DNA from: an uncultured Gammaproteobacteria bacterium
GTDB lineage: Bacteria; Pseudomonadota; Gammaproteobacteria; DRLM01
DNA: 64,000 bases
Reading direction: 5' to 3'
Assembly (NCBI GenBank): GCA_963729605.1
Contig: CAVSNY010000007.1
Span: forward strand, 800,001 to 864,000
Positions 58,551-64,000 of this stretch are shown piece by piece. Position 1 is the stretch's first letter, and each line of letters begins with the position of its first letter. The position numbers and the translations under genes are program-made. Below the pieces are notes generated by a model. It did no database searches. It had not been told where the DNA came from and was given only the letters and a program-made list of their open reading frames with translations.

Positions 58551-58620
58551 CGAGAGCGCCGTTTCAAGGAGCCGCTTTCCTCGAGCCTGGCGGGGATTCC
58601 GCTGCAGCGCCCCTCGAGGA
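58551..58620 (-). ncRNA. SAH riboswitch
   Basis: Minus CCTCGAGGGGCGCTGCAGCGG..CCGCCAGGCTCGAGG..AAACGGCGCTC directly upstream of the ahcY RBS. Confidence 0.92.
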
Positions 58621-58635
58621 TAGCGGCGATGAAGC

Positions 58636-59796
58636 TTAAATACCCGCGGCTTTGCGCAAGGTCTCGGCCTTGTCGGTGCGCTCCCAGGGCACGTCGATGT
58701 CCGCGCGGCCGAAGTGGCCATAAGACGCAGTCTGACGATAGATGGGTTGCAACAGGTTGAGCATGGTGACGATGCCGCGCGGGCGCAGGTCGAAGGTTTC
58801 GCGTATGAGCTCGATGATGCGCGCCTCGCTGATCTTGCCGGTGCCGAAGGTGTCGACCGCGATCGAAGTCGGCTCGGCGACGCCGATGGCGTAGGACACC
58901 TGGATCTCACAGCGGTCGGCAATGCCGGCGGCGACGATGTTCTTGGCGACGTAGCGGCCGGCATAGGCCGCGGAACGGTCCACTTTGCTCGGGTCTTTGC
59001 CGGAGAAGGCGCCGCCGCCGTGGCGCGCCATGCCGCCGTAGGTGTCGACGATGATCTTGCGGCCGGTGAGGCCGCAGTCGCCCACCGGGCCTCCGATGAC
59101 GAAGCGGCCGGTCGGGTTCACGAAATATTTGGTGTCTTTCGACAGCCACTCTTCCGGCAGCACGGGTTTGATGATTTCTTCGATGACGGCTTCGACCAGG
59201 CTGGCCTGGCTGATATCGGGTTTGTGCTGGGTGGAGAGCACCACGGCTTCGACCGCGACGGGCTTGGCGCCGTCATAGCGGATGGTGACCTGGCTCTTGG
59301 CGTCCGGGCGCAGCCACGGCATGACGCCGTTCTTGCGCAGCTCGGCCTGGCGGCGCACGAGGCGGTGCGCATAGGTGATCGGCGCGGGCATCAGCACGTC
59401 GGTTTCGTTCGTGGCGTAGCCGAACATCATGCCCTGGTCGCCGGCGCCCTGTTCGTGATTCTCGGACTCGTCCACGCCCATCGCGATGTCGGGGGACTGC
59501 TTGCCGATGGCGGACAGCACGGCGCAGGACTCCCAGTCGAAGCCCATCTCGGAGCTGTTGTAGCCGATCTCCTTGACGGTCTGGCGCACCACGGCCTCGG
59601 CATCGACCCAGGCCTCGGTGGTGACTTCGCCGGCTAGGACCACCATACCGGTCTTCACGAGGGTCTCGCAGGCGACCCGCGCCTTCTTGTCCTGGGCCAG
59701 GATCGCATCCAGGATCGCGTCGGAAATCTGGTCGGCGACCTTGTCAGGATGCCCCTCCGAGACCGATTCGGAGGTGAATAAATGCCAATTGCTCAT
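58636..59796 (-). CDS. metK: S-adenosylmethionine synthetase
   Basis: [35 protein letters not shown]. Confidence 0.99.
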   Translation of the reverse strand: MSNWHLFTSESVSEGHPDKVADQISDAILDAILAQDKKARVACETLVKTGMVVLAGEVTTEAWVDAEAVVRQTVKEIGYNSSEMGFDWESCAVLSAIGKQSPDIAMGVDESENHEQGAGDQGMMFGYATNETDVLMPAPITYAHRLVRRQAELRKNGVMPWLRPDAKSQVTIRYDGAKPVAVEAVVLSTQHKPDISQASLVEAVIEEIIKPVLPEEWLSKDTKYFVNPTGRFVIGGPVGDCGLTGRKIIVDTYGGMARHGGGAFSGKDPSKVDRSAAYAGRYVAKNIVAAGIADRCEIQVSYAIGVAEPTSIAVDTFGTGKISEARIIELIRETFDLRPRGIVTMLNLLQPIYRQTASYGHFGRADIDVPWERTDKAETLRKAAGI

Positions 59797-59844
59797 GTGT
59801 CCTTGTCCTTGTGGTGCGGCGGCGGAAATTCCGCTCTCGAATGA

Positions 59845-60080
59845 AATAATTAATTAAGGCGGTACGCCTGCGCCCTGTAAGGACCGCCCAATTTTAAGCG
59901 GCTAATATTAACGTGCCCACCTGCACAGTGCCAGCCCATGGGGCGATATCTATCGCGCGGCCTGGCTGGCGCCCTTGCAAGATCGGCCGTCTAGGGCTTT
60001 TTCTCACTCTTAACGTACAAATATGACAGCACGGTAGGAGCCACCGGCGCTGAGCGTAAAACCCGCTGGCGTCATTAAGG
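59845..60080 (-). ncRNA. Candidate structured 5' leader of metK
   Basis: Several hairpins, possible pseudoknot and a terminator-like stem with a competing pairing; family not recognised. Confidence 0.4.
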
Positions 60081-60674
60081 TAGGGATACCGGGGAAACTC
60101 ATTGAATGGATAGTGGGCGGTTGCCTGGGTACCCATCATTGACATGGCACGGTTATTCTTTCGATCCCACGCGCAAAAGACAAGAAGTCGTCGATTGCAC
60201 GCTGATTTTTAAACGCAAGATCGAACCTCCCTTTACGACCCCATCCGTAATAATTACGGCTATTCCATCAACGGGTTGTTCGTCCTTATCATCAAGAGGG
60301 TGCAATGTCAATCGCGAGAGGGTTTTAATGACGCGCCGTTTCTTCTGGCCTTGTGCTTGCCCAAATGGGGCGGGTGAGCGAAAATTGCCGGTTCTTGCCC
60401 CCGGTATAGGGGGCGTGGTGTGCCATGAGACGGCCTATGAGCGAGGCCGGTGATTTACCGGGTTGAGTCAAGGCCGCGGGTGGCGAGCGGGGTTGGTAGG
60501 TGCCGCCGCCGGCGGATGCCGCGGGGCGCGGTGTGGCCGCCGGTTCCCAAACCTGCTTGGCCTTAACCACCCCGAGCCAACGAATGCGAGTGCGCCATCG
60601 CGCTATGAACAAGCCGCGAGTGTTTTTATTGAGTTTATTGGTTTTGGTATTGCAATTCATTTTAGGAGATATAC

Positions 60675-62672
60675 ATGCCCGCGCGTAGAGAACTCGCTAA
60701 TGCCATCCGTGCCCTCAGCATGGATGCGGTGCAAAAGGCCAACTCCGGTCACCCCGGGGCGCCCATGGGAATGGCGGACATCGCCGAGGTGTTGTGGAAC
60801 GATTTCATGCATCACAACCCGGCCAATCCCGCGTGGCCCAACCGCGACCGCTTCGTGTTGTCCAACGGCCACGGCTCCATGCTGATTTATTCTTTGCTGC
60901 ACCTTACGGGCTACGACCTCGGCATCGAGGACCTGAAGCAGTTCCGCCAATTGCACTCGCGCACCCCCGGCCACCCCGAATACGGCTACACCCCCGGCGT
61001 CGAGACCACCACCGGCCCGCTGGGCCAGGGCATCACCAACGCGGTGGGCATGGCCATCGCCGAGAAGATGCTGGCCGGCCAGTTCAATCGTGACACTCAC
61101 AAGATCGTCGATCACTACACCTATGTGTTCATGGGCGACGGCTGCATGATGGAAGGCATTTCGCACGAGGCCTGCTCGCTGGCCGGCACGCTCGGCCTCG
61201 GCAAGTTAATCGCCTTCTGGGACGACAACGGCATCTCCATCGACGGTCACGTCGAAGGCTGGTTCACCGACGACACCCCGATGCGTTTTGAATCCTACGG
61301 CTGGCACGTGGTGCGCGGCGTGGACGGTCACGATAGCGAGGCCATCAAAAAGGCCATACAAGAGGCGCGTTCCGTCAACGACAAGCCCTCGCTGATCTGC
61401 ACCAAGACCGTGATCGGTTACGGCGCCCCCAACCTCTGCGGCAGCCACGATTGCCACGGCGCGCCGCTCGGCAACGACGAGATCGCGGCCACCCGTGAAA
61501 ACCTCGGCTGGAGTCACGCGCCGTTCACCGTGCCCGACGAGATCTACGCCGGCTGGAACGCGCGTGACAAGGGCGCCAAGGCCGAGGCCGCCTGGGCCGA
61601 GAAGTTCGCGAAATATAAAGCCGCCTTCCCCGATCTCGCCGCCGAGTTCGAGCGCCGCGTGATCAAGGGCGAACTGCCGAAGGACTGGGCCAACAAGGCC
61701 AAAGACTTCGTCGCCGCGTGCAACAGCAAGGCCGAGAAGATCGCCACCCGCAAGGCCTCACAGAACGCCATCAGCGCCTTCGCACCGGCCCTGCCCGAGA
61801 TCGTCGGCGGCTCCGCCGACCTCGCCGGCTCCAACCTGACCTTGTGGAAAGAGGCCAAGGGCATCAGCAACACCGTGTCCGACGGCAATTACATTTACTA
61901 CGGCGTGCGCGAGTTCGCGATGTCCGCCATCATGAACGGCATCGCGCTGCACGGCGGCTTCATCCCGTTCGGCGCCACCTTCCTCACCTTCTCCGACTAC
62001 GCCCGCAACGCGGTGCGCATGGCCGCTCTGATGAAGGTCCGCAGCATCTTCGTCTATACCCACGACTCCATCGGCCTCGGCGAAGACGGCCCCACCCATC
62101 AGCCCATCGAACACGTCGCGTCCCTGCGCATCATCCCGCACATGCATGTGTGGCGTCCCTGCGATACGGTGGAATCCGCGGTGGCCTGGCAATCGGCCAT
62201 CGAGCGCAAAGACGGCCCGAGCAGCCTGATCTTCTCGCGCCAAGCCTTGATTCCCAACCCGCGTAACGATCAGCAGATCGCCGACATCCGCCGCGGCGGC
62301 TACACCCTGGTGGACTGCCAGGGCGCGCCGCAGGCCATCATCATCTCCACCGGTTCCGAGGTGGAGATCGCCGTGGCCGCGGCCAAGGCGCTCAGCGACA
62401 ATGGCGTGAAAGTGCGCGTGGTGTCGATGCCCTGCACCAACATCTTCGACGCGCAGGACGCCGCCTACAAAGAAAGCGTGCTGCCGAAGAACGTGAAGGC
62501 GCGCGTCGCGATCGAAGCGGGGGTGTCCGAATACTGGACGCGCTTCGTCGGCGACCAGGGCAAGGTGATCGGCATCAATCGTTTCGGCGAATCCGCGCCG
62601 GCTCCCCTGTTGTACAAGGAGTTCGGCTTCACCGCGGAGAACGTGGTCAAGGCGGTGCAGGAACAACTGTAA
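60675..62672 (+). CDS. tkt: Transketolase
   Basis: [45 protein letters not shown]. Confidence 0.99.
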   Translation: MPARRELANAIRALSMDAVQKANSGHPGAPMGMADIAEVLWNDFMHHNPANPAWPNRDRFVLSNGHGSMLIYSLLHLTGYDLGIEDLKQFRQLHSRTPGHPEYGYTPGVETTTGPLGQGITNAVGMAIAEKMLAGQFNRDTHKIVDHYTYVFMGDGCMMEGISHEACSLAGTLGLGKLIAFWDDNGISIDGHVEGWFTDDTPMRFESYGWHVVRGVDGHDSEAIKKAIQEARSVNDKPSLICTKTVIGYGAPNLCGSHDCHGAPLGNDEIAATRENLGWSHAPFTVPDEIYAGWNARDKGAKAEAAWAEKFAKYKAAFPDLAAEFERRVIKGELPKDWANKAKDFVAACNSKAEKIATRKASQNAISAFAPALPEIVGGSADLAGSNLTLWKEAKGISNTVSDGNYIYYGVREFAMSAIMNGIALHGGFIPFGATFLTFSDYARNAVRMAALMKVRSIFVYTHDSIGLGEDGPTHQPIEHVASLRIIPHMHVWRPCDTVESAVAWQSAIERKDGPSSLIFSRQALIPNPRNDQQIADIRRGGYTLVDCQGAPQAIIISTGSEVEIAVAAAKALSDNGVKVRVVSMPCTNIFDAQDAAYKESVLPKNVKARVAIEAGVSEYWTRFVGDQGKVIGINRFGESAPAPLLYKEFGFTAENVVKAVQEQL

Positions 62673-62681
62673 GAATTTTTT

Positions 62682-62756
62682 CAACGCGAAGGCGCGAAAG
62701 ACGCGAAGATTTTTCGACTAATGATCTTGCTCTTCGCGTCTTAGCGCTTTGCGTTG
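62682..62756. repeat. ACGCGAAG-type inverted repeat
   Basis: CAACGCGAAGGCGCGAAAGACGCGAAG...CTTCGCGTCTTAGCGCTTTGCGTTG. Confidence 0.75.
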
Positions 62757-62777
62757 GACGTATTGATTTTTTAGTAA

Positions 62778-63794
<1,017 letters not shown>

Positions 63795-63802
63795 GCGAAA
63801 AA

Positions 63803-63890
63803 CCAACGCAGAGACGCGAAGGCGCGAAGGGTATGAATGGTGATTTTCATGACCGCTCTGTATTCTTCGCGTCTTGCGTCTTTGCGTTGG
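63803..63890. repeat. ACGCGAAG-type inverted repeat
   Basis: CCAACGCAGAGACGCGAAGGCGCGAAG...CTTCGCGTCTTGCGTCTTTGCGTTGG. Confidence 0.75.
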
Positions 63891-63961
63891 ATTTGTTTTT
63901 TGAGAGTCATGGGCTAAGGCCGCGGTCCTAGCCGATGATTCTTAAGTTATGAGGAGTAAGC

Positions 63962-64000
63962 ATGTCCGTAATTAAAATGACCGACCTCGATCTCGCCGGT
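63962..64000 (+). CDS. pgk: Phosphoglycerate kinase, N-terminus only (runs off the right edge)
   Basis: GAGGAG RBS, MSVIKMTDLDLAG, position after gap. Confidence 0.9.
   Translation, partial: MSVIKMTDLDLAG

Overview
High-GC chromosomal window from a proteobacterium, most likely a free-living gammaproteobacterium (inferred from gene order: gshA-gshB...algH-ruvX-pyrR-pyrB-pyrC', metK-ahcY-metF, tkt-gap-pgk). It opens with the 3' end of an rRNA operon (23S, 5S, terminators), followed by usp, ampD-ampE and cobalamin-salvage genes. Four accessory blocks stand out. (1) A ~13 kb translationally coupled minus-strand island (5007-17995) encodes a sensor kinase, a sigma54 activator, a lone receiver, three glycosyltransferases, two APH-fold kinases, an ABC exporter and an AlgE-like porin. 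It has a visible sigma54 promoter with tandem palindromic upstream sites and abuts a truncated SbcD-like gene. (2) A Fur-boxed operon (21738-27715) encodes a TonB-dependent transducer, a periplasmic helical-repeat protein, a PepSY-TM reductase-like protein and two small membrane proteins. (3) An ArsS radical-SAM / transferase cluster (35131-41203) carries its own ECF sigma/anti-sigma pair, a twice-occurring GTAAGG-N15-CGACT promoter-like motif, and an unannotated 48-aa Cys-Cys ORF that looks like the fused ends of an ArsM-like methyltransferase. (4) Two stand-alone secreted proteins occur, one of them PEP-CTERM. The window also has cobalamin and SAH riboswitches, a candidate structured metK leader, and several MITE/REP families. 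No CRISPR array, tRNA or intact transposase was seen. All calls come from motif reading and recalled family knowledge; no database search was run.
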